Source of the DNA: Octopus vulgaris
Taxonomy: Eukaryota
Direction: 5' to 3'
Length of the DNA: 64,000 bases
Assembly: GCA_951406725.2 (NCBI GenBank)
Contig: OX597828.1
Span: 22,320,001-22,384,000 of the forward strand
Part shown: one piece after another, positions 13,062 to 27,467 of the stretch
Position numbering within the stretch: position 1 is the stretch's first letter
Layout: each line of letters opens with the position of its first letter
Notes under the pieces: model-generated
What the model was told of the DNA's origin: nothing
Seen by the model: the letters and a program-made list of their open reading frames with translations, nothing else
The model's database searches: none
Made by a program: the position numbers and the translations under genes

Positions 13062-13235
13062 AACTCACCGCTACAGTACAATATTAACAACTTAGTAGAG
13101 GCGGTACTTTCTATCCCATACCATGGTTCCCAACCGTTTCACAATGGTTTCCAACCTATTCACGGTGGTTAGCAACCCTTTATTTTACATGAGTTTTCCC
13201 ACGGACCCATTTTAATGTGCCGGTCCTTATGAATA

Positions 13236-13830
13236 TACAAGGTTTGATCAATAAGTATCCGCACTGCTGTCATTGTAACGACGCTAATGCACACAGAGTA
13301 AAGCCGCTAGGCAAAGATTAACCTTGTACTCTGCTGTGCATGCGCGCTAAGTCTTAACGTTCTAGCTTACTTCCGCTATTTACAGCATTTCTTGGAAGGA
13401 AATGGTTTAGCGTATGGTCGTGGCATTTACCAGGACAGACAAAGTTGTCATGGCCATCGTTGCTCGGGGGTCTACACAAAGTTGCTGGAGGTGTTTGAAG
13501 AGGAGAGTATGTGCCGCACATAAGTGTAACAGTGTTTCAGACGTTTCCAAGATGGCCGAAAAAATGTCGATAATGACGAACGTTCTGAGAGATCTGCAAC
13601 CATCAGAAGAGAGAGAGAGAGACAATCATCGCAGATGTGTGAGCAGCTGTGAATGGAAATCGTCGTATCACCATCCGTGAGATATCAGAGGATGTGCAGA
13701 TTAATTACGGTTCAGTTCAGTTGATTATCACTGACAATTTGGGTATGAGAAACGTGTCTGACAAGTTTCAGAGAAAATGATTTCAGCTAACCAAAAAGAC
13801 AATCGGGTTTCTGTTTCACAAAAATCTCCT
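13236..13830 (+). mobile_element. Mariner-like element, 5' part (TIR plus transposase HTH remnant)
   Basis: TA-caaggtttgatcaataagt start; peptide remnants RFQDGRKNVDNDERSERSAT and NRRITIREISEDVQINYGSVQLIITDNLGMRNVSDKF. Confidence 0.85.
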
Positions 13831-13926
13831 GTATCGGCTTTTCCCTAGCATAACACCAGTGGCGCGGAGAGCGGACGCTGGTGAGTGCTGGTGACCCATA
13901 CATAACTTTTCCAGGATCTGAAAGGC

Positions 13927-13958
<32 letters not shown>

Positions 13959-13961
<3 letters not shown>

Positions 13962-14351
13962 GAAATAGAAAGATGAATAATCTTGTTGCAGATTAATCAA
14001 AAGTTTAGTTTCGGTCACAAAGAACATCTAAGCACCCCGTGCTCTCACCCGCCGGAATGACCGCTGCCTGACCCGTTAAAATCTTCAACGCACCCACCAC
14101 CCGTTTTCAACATACATTGATAAACAGTTTGGCCATGGGCTCTTAGGAGCCTCGTTCGATTTGTTTTGCTCCGCCTCTGTTCTGCTTTTGTTTTTTCCAA
14201 CGGATTTCCTATTTCTTCCTGAAGAGAAAGACACAATATGGTCTCCTTATTCAATCGGAATTTGGTAAATTGTGCCTTTCGAAACACGTGTAGAATGCAA
14301 TAAAACGATTTCTGTTCAATCTTCGTTCAACTCCATTTCTTCAATTCACTA

Positions 14352-14355
<4 letters not shown>
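13959..14355 (+). mobile_element. ~400-bp cassette between (TA)n tracts, probably a Penelope pseudo-LTR remnant
   Basis: Unique sequence bounded by TA runs; it contains an intact hammerhead followed by aataaa. Confidence 0.6.
14216..14295 (+). ncRNA. Type I hammerhead ribozyme, intact core
   Basis: uuc-CUGAAGA-gaaagacacaau(loop)auugugccuuuc-GAAA-cacgug-UA-gaa; stem II pairs 11 of 12 positions; palindromic stem III acacgugu; predicted cut after 14292. Confidence 0.85.
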
Positions 14356-14404
<49 letters not shown>

Positions 14405-14453
14405 TGCATGTTTGTATATAAATATACATGTATATGTATGTATATATATATAC

Positions 14454-14495
<42 letters not shown>

Positions 14496-14512
14496 TATAA
14501 TATATATATACA

Positions 14513-14546
<34 letters not shown>

Positions 14547-14661
14547 CATGTATAATTATATATAAACATGCATTCATATATGTATATACATATACATATA
14601 AATATACATATACATACACACACACGCACACACACAAACACACACACATACGCACACATAT

Positions 14662-14696
<35 letters not shown>

Positions 14697-14844
14697 AAGA
14701 GAGAGAGAGAGAGAGAGACTCACACATCTGTAATCCTATGACCGCCAGAATTCACAATTGATTGGAACACAGGTTACCTGTGACCAGGTAATGCTTAGGA
14801 AAATATTGCTGTACTCATTACTCTCTACTCTTTACCCTTCTACT

Positions 14845-15217
14845 TTGTTCAGTCATTTGACTGTGGCCATGCTGGAGCACCGCCTTTACTCGAGCAAGTC
14901 TACCCCAAGACTCATCCTATGTAACCCTAGTACTTATTCTATCGGTTTCTTTTTCCGAACCGCTAAGATACGGGGACGTAAACACACCAGCATTGGTTGT
15001 CAAGCGATGTTAGGGGGACAAAGAGACACACATACAAACATATATACACACATATATATATATATATATATATTCATATATACGATGAGATTTATTCAGT
15101 TTCCGTCTACCAAATCCACTCACAAAGATTTGGTCGGCCCGTGGCTATAGTAGGACTGAACCCGGAACCATGTGGTTCGTAAGCAAGCTACTTACCACAC
15201 AGTCACTCCTACGCCTA
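14845..15217 (-). mobile_element. SINE family B (internal deletion)
   Basis: Matches 5500-6130 and 39480-39877. Confidence 0.9.
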
Positions 15218-16424
15218 TAGAAAATATTTATTCTAATATGGTCGTTTGTTAAGGAATATGATGATATTTCTTTTTTTTAAGCATCTTGTCCTCTGTGTAT
15301 GTTTTCTGCGTTCAAATTTGTCTTCATTTCCGTTTCATAACGCATTTCACATCGTTCCTTCATAGGAAAATTTCATTGCCGGAAGATTTCCGCTTTGCCT
15401 GCATAAAAAATGATTTTTAGCATGGCCTTTGCTAATGACGTGGAAAACTGCGGATGTGTTTTCAAAAATAATGAAAATCCGAAGTATCGAAAGTAATTTA
15501 GAGCTGACTGATGTCAGTTGAACGATAAAACAGTGACATGGGAAAATCGTGGAGGCGTTTGATAAAACTGTTCGCTATATTTGTTACAAAACATCGCTAT
15601 CTGAGATTTAAATCGCATAGAGGTCAATTAATCCAGGTACGGTGGATTAGCATAGATTTTGGAGGATCGGCCGCAAAAATCTGAGTATCTCCCTCTTCTA
15701 TTTGCATTCTGACAGCAACACCCGCAACCTGACTGATACCTCCTTGCATCGGCCCAAGTTGGTTGCACTTGCTTTGGATAGACATGACGAGCGCAGAAAG
15801 GGAAGTTTATGTGCAGGTGCAGAAGCCATCATCACCGAAATATCATGGCCATACCTTCTTTAAAAATGCTGTGATGCATGGTCATCCTTGACCGACGGAG
15901 ATCCCTTACTAGCCTTAATTAATTATCTAAGTGAAAAAAATCATCTCACTAAATCTGAGAAAAGATAGGTTAAGGCTCGATTACATATATATGCACTTCC
16001 ATCTATAATTACATTGTAAAGCAATCGCAGATATCAACAATCTTTCGAAGAATCTCAAGACAATCAGGATCAAATGTTATATTGGCGAGTGAAGAGGGTA
16101 TAACATTCGATAACTGAGATATGATTACGTAAGATGAACAATTTGCCTTACTGTTACATCCCATAATAATCGGAAGGTGAATCTAAACTTAATATTGATT
16201 TGCAGCATATGCTCAAGGCTGCGCATTTTGTGCAAAAAGGATATTGCGGATTAAAATGCATGGCTGAAATGAAAAAGCCAGGGACCACTCGAGGCGTAAT
16301 TCGAAGACCAAAAGGAAGTGATTAAATAACGCAAAGATTTGTCTTTGACGCTTTAGCTGTTTTCCCAATACACAGCGTATTGTGTCATATTGTCTCAATG
16401 CGCGCGCACGTGAGTGTGTATGTG

Positions 16425-16460
<36 letters not shown>

Positions 16461-17326
16461 ATGTATACGTACACACATATATATACATATATATACACAT
16501 ATATTTGTATATTTGTATACATATGTACATATACATACATATATATATATATGTATGTGTGTTTATTTATACATGTATATACATGTGTGTATGTGTGTGC
16601 ATATTTATGTATGTATATATGCAATAATAAAGGAATTTCTGGAATGACCGGGTTAATACCATCGTAGGTTTGAGCTGGGTCGGGGAATAAATATCAGGTA
16701 CACCACCATGACCATCACTCCACTGCTGTACGCTTTGACCATCATCAGCACCACATCACAACTCATTTTACAGTAATCTTCACCAACAGTAGCACTACTA
16801 CTAGATCAACTCCCACATCAATGACACCCATCACCGCCACGGCCACAATTCATCTTCGACTCCGTAAGAACATATACTTACTTTCCTAAAACAGTGCACT
16901 GCGATTTAAGAAATAAATGAATACTATTTCTAGCAATGTGAATTAATACATATTGAATCATAGATATAAATGTTTCAAGTTTTGGCACAAGGCCAGCAAT
17001 CTTGAAGGAATGTGGTAGAGTATGTTAATCATACCGATCGCAGTGCACAAAATATATTTATCTTACCGGTTCCGAAATGAAACGTTAGGATGACCGTGGT
17101 GACATCGGAACTCAGAACATTAAAGCTGGAAGGATTACCGGTAAGGATTTTGTCCGGCGTTCTCATGATTCTGCCAGTTCCCTGATTTACGATGAAAGAA
17201 ATGGTGGTGCACGTGGCTAAATTCAAGTACAGAGGAAATTAGGAAATCATATTGGCAAATACTCTGAGTGCAGAAGTATTTATGTGTATGAGGTCACCAT
17301 GGCGCTATAACTTCACGTATTGCCAC

Positions 17327-17341
17327 GACTACTACTACCAT

Positions 17342-17410
<69 letters not shown>
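17327..17410. repeat. (TAC)n microsatellite
   Basis: Direct run. Confidence 0.98.
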
Positions 17411-17411
<1 letters not shown>

Positions 17412-17888
17412 GCAAACACCTCCTCAAACACTGCCATTAAACGCTAATCCTGATACAACTGTTGCTTATCCTTCTTTCCATCCTTGTGCATGTATCTCTC
17501 TATCTCTCTATCTACCCACACACACATATATATACACACATGTATATATGTATACACACAGTTGTATATCTATACTGGCACACGCACATAATATCTATAA
17601 ATATATATATATGTTTGTGTGCATGTGTATGTGTGTGTATTTTTATTTGTATTCAGACATATGTTCATATATTTATATATCCGTACACACACTCACCAAC
17701 ACTCTCACACATGCACCTATTTAATAAAGAAAGTAATTTCCAGGGAATTCATTTGTCCTCTGTTGACATTTGTGTGTATATATAAAAATATGATAAATAC
17801 ATCCACACAAACACACAGGCTCACTCACACACATACAAAAACACACACTAACACACATATATAGATATATATGTGCGTGCGTGTGAAT

Positions 17889-17949
<61 letters not shown>

Positions 17950-18444
17950 TATATACATACATATAGATTTACATATATATGTGTGTATACGTGTGTCTGT
18001 GTCTGTGGTTGTGTGCGTACGTGTGTTCGCATGTACGTGCTTCTGTGTGTTTGTGTGTGCGTTTGTGTAAATAGAAGGCGATATGTATTAAAATGTTTCC
18101 TCATTCAGGTTTTCCCTGTTCCTAGTAATACAAGAATATAGATAATATGAAATTCCTGCAAGTAATCAATAAATTTCGAAAACGCTGATTAAAAACATAA
18201 CAACACGGCAATATATATGAGCAACAATGAATGTAATATATATTCCCTCCTAATCATGGATAAATATGAATACATTGCGAAGCATTAGCTATTTGCTGAA
18301 CTACAAAAACAAATTCTTAAGTATTGAGGAAGATAATATCGCTCAAATTAATGTCAAACTAAATAAACAAATGTCAACCACAAACACAATGCGCGTGTTC
18401 TCTCTGTTTGTATAATATTGATCTAAGGAATATTTATGGAATAT

Positions 18445-19168
18445 TAAACCGGTACTACGTCGGTTACGACGATGTGTCTTCCAGTCGGTTACAGTCGCTC
18501 AGAACGACAGAACAACCTACCCACTCATGATATTAACGAGCACGTGACTGAGTACTCCACAGATAGGTGTACCCGTGAATTAGTTTTCAGGAAGATTCAG
18601 TGTGACACAGAGAGGGACAAAGCTGGATCTTGTAATTAAATCGGTACTACGTCGGTTACGACGATGTGTCTTCCAGTCGGTTCCAGTCGCTCAGAACGAC
18701 AGAACAACCTACCCACTCGTGATATTAACGAGCACGTGACTGAGTACTCCACAGATACGTGTACCCATGAATTAGTTTTCAGGGAGATTCAGTGTGACAC
18801 AGAGAGGGACAAAGCTGGATCTTGTAATTAAACCAGTACTACGTCGGTTACGACGATGTGTCTTCCAGTCGGTTACAGTCGCTCAGAACGACAGAACAAC
18901 CTACCTACACGTGATATTAACGAGCACGTGACTGAGTACTCCACAGATACGTGTACCGATGAATTAGTTTTCAGGGAGATACAGTGTGACACAGAGAGGG
19001 ACAAAGCTGGATCTTTTGATAACGGGTACAACGGATTTTGCCAGCTGTATGGACCGGAGCAACATGAAGTAAAGTGTCTTGCTCAAAGACACAACGCACC
19101 GCCGGGAATTGAACTCAGGATCGTAAGATCGTGAACCGAATACCCGAAGCACTAAACCATACGCCGTC
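18445..19168 (-). mobile_element. SINE family D with a triplicated 192-bp 3' module and a 15-bp TSD
   Basis: Units at 18443, 18635 and 18827; tRNA-like head at ~19060-19168; TSD atatttatggaatat at 18430-18444 and 19169-19183. Confidence 0.88.
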
Positions 19169-19769
19169 ATATTTATGGAATATAAAATGATGTAGTCGCA
19201 GTCATTATGTTTCCATGACTGTATGACTGAGATCTGTATATGGTTTCGGGTTATACTGTGTAACATTTTGAAATAGTGTCTTGTAATTTAGCCCCGAACC
19301 GAAGCATGATTTGTGAGTGAATTTCCAAGATGGATATTCGCGTATATAACTGGGCCATATTGTAAATTGTTGTAGGTCTGACGACAGAGAACACATTTAC
19401 ATTGTGTCCATAGAAATCAATTTGAAATATCTCATATTCATATCTGAGATTCATATGTGACCCTCATTGCAATCTCCAATAAGATCGAACGCAGACACAC
19501 TGCATGCACACAAATATACACCATTAATTAAATCATTCTTATAAATAAAGAAATCATTAATTATAGGCGCAAGAACGACTGTTTGGTCACGAAGCTGGCT
19601 TTGGAACCACGTGATTTCTGGTTCAAATTTACTGTGCAGGACCGACTAAGGCCTCGCAAGTGAAGTTGACAGACAAAAAGTGTGAGAGCTTGTGTATTAT
19701 GTATGTACATCATTATTCAGTTGTATTTTAAGATTTCAACAACATCGACAGAATATTTTTGTATAAGAG

Positions 19770-20230
19770 CGTAGGCGAGAAAGATATGCCATAATATACA
19801 TCTGGAAGATCCTAGAAGGACTTGTCCCAAACTTTGGCATCGAGAGTTACACAAATACTAGAACTGGGCGCCACTGTATAGTGCCAAGGACTCCAAATTT
19901 GCCATCAAGATGTAGGACAAGATACTGTGGTAGCCTGGGCTTCAAAGATCCACAACTCTTCAATATCCTCCCGAAGGACCTGAGAGACCTGCATGGGGTG
20001 GATACAGATGTCTTTAAAATAAAACTGGATCTCTTGCTATCAGGTGTCCCAGATGAACCAACTTCACGGCAGGAGGTGCAGATGAGGGCAGCTGCATCGA
20101 ACTCTCTCATTCACCAAATGGCAATTGCTAAAACGCTTTCGTGAAGTAAAATCATGTAGCAACACCAAATGGTGGTGCCCCAGCATGGCCACAGCTCATG
20201 AGCTGAAACTAGATAAAATAAAACTAAAAA
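19770..20230 (+). mobile_element. LINE 3' end (CR1-group-like ORF2 C-terminus and 3' UTR)
   Basis: RRERYAIIYIWKILEGLVPN...FNILPKDLR...FKIKLDLLLSGVPDEP...RAAASNSL; A-rich tail; second copy at 36133-36360. The clade assignment is tentative. Confidence 0.8.
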
Positions 20231-20404
20231 AAATTTTAAATATATACATACATATATACTATATTCTCACGCATATAATTGCATATCTAAACGTCCTCAT
20301 ATATACTTAAATGATAAACTTCTGTTCACAAAATTTTACCATGTATGTATTTATGGGCGGATGTGTGTGTTTAAACCCACCATCGTTTGAAAACCCGTGG
20401 TTCT

Positions 20405-20840
20405 GTGCTCAGGACAGACTTGCCTGTGGATGGCATTGTAAATTGTTTTCGCAACAGCGTCGTGCCGCATAGAGAGGTACTACGGTGACTACATTTTAGG
20501 ACATTTTAGGTCCTCACATGCATTTAGGTCCTCACAGGAACATGACATAGCCTACACATGCGGTTGCACCTTGGAATTACAAGGGCGGCACAGTCTCTCT
20601 TGTTCACCAGGTACTTTGTGGCAATCTCCTGCTCTTGGATTACAAACGCATAGCCTTCAAAGTGTGATGGAATGTACTGGTCTTGTGTCAAGAGAGGCTG
20701 CGCTTCGTGTCATTTCTACTGTCTTCATCAAGCCTCCGGGCAACATACCCATGCATAGTCTTTTCTTCTTTATATGCTGAGTGCTTTCCATCCCATCCAG
20801 GTTTTCTCTGAGTTAAGAGAGCCGAGCTTTTGGGGGACTG
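20405..20840 (-). mobile_element. R4/Dong-like (RLE) LINE fragment
   Basis: FEGYAFVIQEQEIATKYL...CRLCHVPV...RHDAVAKTIYNAI (CCHC knuckle and RHD motif). Confidence 0.8.
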
Positions 20841-20945
20841 TATAGATCAACACGAAGAGGGTGTATGTACGTACGTACGTAAGTACAAACCCGTCTATGA
20901 GTTTATGTATATGAGTAGCCATGTGTGTATACACACACACACAAA

Positions 20946-20989
<44 letters not shown>

Positions 20990-21272
20990 TATATACATGT
21001 ATGTATATATGTATATGCGTTTTTCTTTCTATATGAGCACAACGAGAGGGAGACAGAAAAAAGTAGGATAATGTAAAAGAAAGAAAGAAAGAAAGAAAGA
21101 GAGAAAGAAAGAAAGAGAGAAAGAAAGAAAGAAGAAAGGCAGCAAGATACAGGAATAGACAGAGAAGGCATACGGGACAACATGTAAAACTCCAAATTAC
21201 CGTAAGCAGCCATTAGCGTTTTCAAATACATATACGGACATACATACATACATGTGTATGTATGTATGTACT

Positions 21273-21313
<41 letters not shown>

Positions 21314-21327
21314 ATATATATACACAC

Positions 21328-21412
<85 letters not shown>

Positions 21413-21782
21413 CCTGTAACTGCATACATACGTGTAGGAAATTATAAATTTACTTATATGTTGATTTGCATGTCTCATTTAAACATCAATTTCGTTTAAT
21501 GTCAGTTAAATCACATTTTGATTACTTTAACATATTTGTTTTTGTTGTTTTTTCTTCTCACCGTGTGTCTCTTCTTAGGTTTATGGTAGTTTCCGTGCCT
21601 GTATGTGGATGTATGTGTGTCTGAGTGCATGTTTATATGTATCCACGTGTATTTTTCGTAATGAGCGATAAAGAAACGTATACAAGGAGTATGTAATGGT
21701 TACTGATTGCGAATAAGAGAGAGAGAGAGGGGGTAGGGAGATGGAGAGAGAGTGACATACACACGCACACATATAAATGTAT

Positions 21783-21822
<40 letters not shown>

Positions 21823-21834
21823 GCATATATATAC

Positions 21835-21880
<46 letters not shown>

Positions 21881-22012
21881 TTATCTACCTACATACCTCC
21901 CTATCTACCTCCCTATCTACCTACCTACCTATCTATATATCTATCTATTTACCTATTTACCTATCTATCTACATATCTATCTACCTATCTATTTATCTAT
22001 CTATCTGCCAAT

Positions 22013-22088
<76 letters not shown>

Positions 22089-22115
22089 TTATCTGTCTGT
22101 CTATTTATCTATCTA
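21835..22115. repeat. (ATCT)n imperfect tetranucleotide repeat
   Basis: Direct run; similar runs at ~5219, ~23350, ~25750 and ~62630. Confidence 0.97.
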
Positions 22116-22489
22116 TATGTAGTTAAAAATGATGGTCGGTAACTGCGTTTCAAAGTATGTATATATAGTCCGATCTTGTGCACGTTCCGATTTTAATACT
22201 CACCGTTGTTTTTCTTTTTTTTTTTCGCCGTTTCTATGGGATGTTTCCTTGTTTATTGCGATTTAAATATTCTTCTTGCGATAATGAGGCAAAAATTTGC
22301 TCTTTATAACCTACCATACCACTATTTATTCAATCATTAAGATGAATAGTGAGAAATCACTGCGAAAAGGAGGAAGATGTTCCATGGGGAGTGTGTTTGA
22401 GTAAGAAAGAGAGACAAGAACAGATGAAGAAAAAGAGAGAAAGAGATGACGGATATATGACGAATGATATGAAGAGGATGAAGTTGATA

Positions 22490-22611
22490 ATGATGACGTC
22501 ATTTGTTGTTGTTGTTGTTGATGATGATGGTGATGGTGATGATGATGATGATGATGATGATATGATGATGATGATGATGAGAATGATGATGATGACGATG
22601 ATGATGAAGAC

Positions 22612-22654
<43 letters not shown>

Positions 22655-22745
22655 TTGATGCTGATGATCATGATGATGGTGATGGTGATGATGATGGTGG
22701 GGATGATGTTGATGGTGATGGTACTGGTGGGAATGACGATGGCTG
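22490..22745. repeat. (GAT)n imperfect microsatellite
   Basis: Direct run. Confidence 0.95.
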
Positions 22746-22859
22746 TGACGATAAAAATGATAGCAGTTACCATTAGCTATTTTGTAGATTAACTACAAAT
22801 AAATATTATTTCAGGTTGGAGTTGTAATATATACACACGCACGCATATATATATATATA

Positions 22860-22892
<33 letters not shown>

Positions 22893-22937
22893 GTATGCAT
22901 GTATGTATATATATATATATGTGCGTGTGTATAAGTG

Positions 22938-22972
<35 letters not shown>

Positions 22973-23058
22973 ATATATATATATACCTACACACACAAAC
23001 ACACGTACACACACACTCACTCACGCACCCACACATACATATATATGCATATATATGC

Positions 23059-23096
<38 letters not shown>

Positions 23097-23352
23097 CCAA
23101 TGCATGCATACATGCGTACATAGATACGTGCATTCATTTACATATATTAACGCATACATACGTACATACGTGCTTACATTGATATATATATATACCGATT
23201 TTTGCTTGCATACGTATGTACTTACATATATATATATGCATATTTAGACACACAATTATACACATATATATGTATATATAATATGTGCGTGCGTGTAAAA
23301 TGAGAGCGCTAGAGAAAGAAATAGTTTAATAGCTAGCTAGATAAATAGATAG

Positions 23353-23426
<74 letters not shown>

Positions 23427-23869
23427 CAGACAACTGAGTGAACGAATGGACATGTATATTTGGAGTTTTGTTAATTGAATAACAAGTTGAATTACCTCCT
23501 CATGCTACTTAAAGATTTGAGGGCATAGAATACGACGACCATTTCCTTTGTTATTAGCGAGCTTGTTTCAATTACCTAGCATGTAGAATGCATTTACTAA
23601 ATGAAGTAATACACGCTTAAACCTTTTGTGATTTTCGAAATTCAAGCGCCTATGCACACTGAATCGTTTCTCTTCGTTTTGGTTGATATTAGGCATATAA
23701 AACAGCCTCACAATAGTTCCATATATTTCTATATAGATAGCTAGATTTTATGCATACCTGAATTAGGAGAGGAAAGTCGCTATACCTTGGAAAACTATAA
23801 ATGCAGAAAAAAAACATGTCCACAGCTGTTCTCGGGTTTCTAGACAAAAACAGATTATTTTCGATATTT

Positions 23870-23973
23870 CCTCCTCCTCCTCCTCCTCCTCCTCTACTGC
23901 TACTACTACTACTACTACTACCGCTACCCCCACCCCCACCACAACTACTACTACTACGACTACCACCACCACC

Positions 23974-24011
<38 letters not shown>

Positions 24012-24080
24012 GACTACCACCACCACCACCACTACTACTACTACTACCACCACCACCTCTACTACTACTACTACTACTAC
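23870..24080. repeat. (CCT)/(TAC)/(CAC) compound microsatellite
   Basis: Direct runs. Confidence 0.95.
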
Positions 24081-24081
24081 A

Positions 24082-25050
24082 ACTGTTTAAGACGTGCAAC
24101 AGTTTCCAATATCGTGCTGCTGCTGATTGAAGCTACTGTATTAACTGGGAGTTTGTGCTATCTGTCAAGTTAGAAGGACCTCGGACAGACAGTACTTTAC
24201 GTAATATGCATTCTGTTCCAAATATTGACAATTTTCGCAATACACCTAGGTTAAAGGGTTTTTTTTTTTCAGGTTTGGTTGTATTGAACCCAATGACGTT
24301 AGGGGTAAAACTTTATGCTAAAACTTTAGCGATCTCATTTCTTAGATTCCATATTTATTAATCTTTTCTCCTTCTTTCATGATAATATGTTGATCTGCTG
24401 GCACTCCATCATCGATTATTAGGCACATTTGTTTGCCCCTCTTCTGGCTGTCTGGAAGTCCCAAAAGATGTTTGCCTTCTCCTTTTCGTCCATTCCTTTT
24501 TCCGTTGTATTTTGGTATCAAATACCCGTTACATCGTATCCATACCGCCGGCATAGTAGTCAGTGAAGGTTTTGGTATACCTTGTCATGTCTGCGCTTGT
24601 ACTCTTTCTGCGTAAGACTTTCACAAGCTCTAACAATGTGAGTCACGCTTCCGACCCACTTCCCACATTCTGCAGAGATTTTGTTTTGCACTTGTGTGGC
24701 TTATATCCTTTTTCATTGAGTTGGTATTCAATGCTTGGTCCTGGGGAGCGATGATTAGGCTATTATTATTCCTTTTTTATGCCACCCTTTTTTAAACACT
24801 TCCATGATGCTTCATGTTCTTTTAAGTTGTTAGTTTCGCGATGGAACTGACCATATAATTCCATGCGGAGTAGGGTTTCTTAACTCTCGTTAGCTGATCA
24901 GAATTCATGAGCAATCTCAAGTCCATTTTTGGTAAACCCTATGGCATTAGCAGCATACTGTAGCAGGTCTTGTTTGCTGTTTACCAAATATTGTGCAATG
25001 TTTCTCCTTTCACTGTTGATGCTCTCCTGTACGCTAGTCAGCCGGTGGCC
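24082..25050 (-). mobile_element. R4/Dong-like LINE 3' portion
   Basis: IAPQDQALNTN, CRMCGK..VTHIVRACESLTQKEYKRRHDKVY, IIDDGVPADQHIIMKEGEKINKY, FGTECILRKVLSV (frameshifted). Confidence 0.85.
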
Positions 25051-25059
25051 ACCTTTACA

Positions 25060-25210
25060 AAGATTTCAAATTCCTCCGAGGTCGATATTGTCTTTCATCC
25101 TTTCGGTGTCGATAAAATAAGTACCAGTGAAACACTGGGGTCGAGGTAATCGACTGTTCGCTACCCACCAAAATTTAGGGCCTCGTGGCTATAGTAGAAA
25201 ATATTATTAT
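25060..25210 (+). mobile_element. Partial SINE family A
   Basis: ttcaaattcctccgaggtcga...tcgataaaataagtaccag. Confidence 0.8.
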
Positions 25211-25761
25211 TGTTATAACTATTGAAACAAATGTGAACAATGAAATAAAATGCCCAGTTAAACAATTAAATCCTAAATATCCTCTAGATATTGTAGAATT
25301 TTTTTACCTCGGATATATTCACAAGGTATTTAAATGCCATACTGAAAATACTAACTTGATTACTAACATTATGTCTTGCGTATAGATAGATAAAAATAAA
25401 AATGAAAAGATATGTTTAAATTCTCTTAATTTTTAAAAGTTGATATGTATATATGTATATATATATATATATATGTGTGTGTGTGCGTGTGTGTACTCAC
25501 AAACACACACACACACACTCGCGGACGCGTATGTATATGATGTATCGACACATTTTGTCATGCCTGGCAGCTATTTGATATTTCCTTATACGACAACTTC
25601 CCGTTGTTCGTCAGAGCGGACATCCATTTTTCAGGTACAAAGAATTTACAATATGTCGGCGATTTTTCTATGAAATAAATTTAATCCAGTATTCAGAGTG
25701 TTGCGTACCGTTCTTACTTCGTTCCAGTAAGCGTAATATAGAGAGCATTATCTATCTATCC

Positions 25762-25827
<66 letters not shown>

Positions 25828-25944
25828 TTCTCTACCTATCTATCTACCTATCTATCTCTTTTTCTCTCTCTCTTTCTATGTATATACACGTTTATATATA
25901 TATATATGTGAATATATATTATATGCATGTATATATATATATGA

Positions 25945-26008
<64 letters not shown>

Positions 26009-26274
26009 TTGTATGTATGTATGTATGTGCGGGTTTGAATGTTTGTATCTGTGTGCAAACGTCAGTCTATATGCCTGGGTATCTCTCTGTCTATCTATAT
26101 ATAAATACTCACATACAGACACGATCTATATATTTATACACTTACATAAGTTTGTAGGTGACTATAAAGATGTAGATAGTTACGTACTTACTTTCTTTGC
26201 ATACACACATACATAGACACTAATATATATATATATATATATACATACACATACACATACATATATATATATAT

Positions 26275-26308
<34 letters not shown>

Positions 26309-26389
26309 ATTTAAGTACTTACATATACATTGTATATTCTATTCGTTAGCTTGTATATATATATATATACACACATTTACTTATACATG

Positions 26390-26424
<35 letters not shown>

Positions 26425-26474
26425 ATGTATATGTACATATCTATATATATATATGTTTATATATAGAGAGAGAT

Positions 26475-26540
<66 letters not shown>

Positions 26541-27156
26541 ATATGTATATACACGATCACATATCTATCGATATATACACATATATATGCGATCACATGT
26601 CTATAGATATATATTTTTTTCTAATTTCAAAATTTGAACCATGTTACTTAGTAAGAGAAATCAAATGAATCGTCTAATGATGGCCATAAATAACATTTAA
26701 ATAAAATTATGCTTCTATTTTTTGACCCGTATCTATACAGTATTCAGCACGACACATATATTGACCCAAGATGGAAAAAAAAAGCAAGGAAAAGAAGTAA
26801 ATGTTTTGTTTTTTTTTACTTTTTTTTTCAATTTCTGTATCTCTGTATTCAGCAATAAGCGGAATGGTAGAAATAGCAGAAATAAAAAGAAATGATTTAA
26901 AATCCTATATACTATTTTAGTAGAATTACAATCTCTTCAGTCTCTTAATCTTTTTTCGAAAGTTCTCCAACTCTCCCTACTCTCCCCTCTCTCCTTTCTT
27001 CCCCCTTTATCTCTGTATACATAGATGCATGTATATGTTTATATATATATAAGTATATATACATGTGTGTGTATACATATATATTAGTGTGTGTATATAT
27101 GTACATATATATGTATATATACACACACTTGTATATGTGTGTATATATACATATGT

Positions 27157-27207
<51 letters not shown>

Positions 27208-27429
27208 ATATATATATATTTACATATTCATATATACACACGTACACATATCACACATGCTATTTATGTTTCCCGAACACATATAAATATATTCCCACCG
27301 AGATACGCTAGCCAACTTTATGTATACTTATATAAATACTTATATACATGCATTCGAATACAAATTTAATATAGACATACACTCCTGTGCATACATAGTC
27401 CATACATATATCTACGTATACATATATGT

Positions 27430-27467
<38 letters not shown>

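Noticed and set aside
25580-25616. Minus-strand CUGACGA plus an acaac/guugu stem
   Set aside because: GAAA is not positioned after the stem, and there is no stem I or III.
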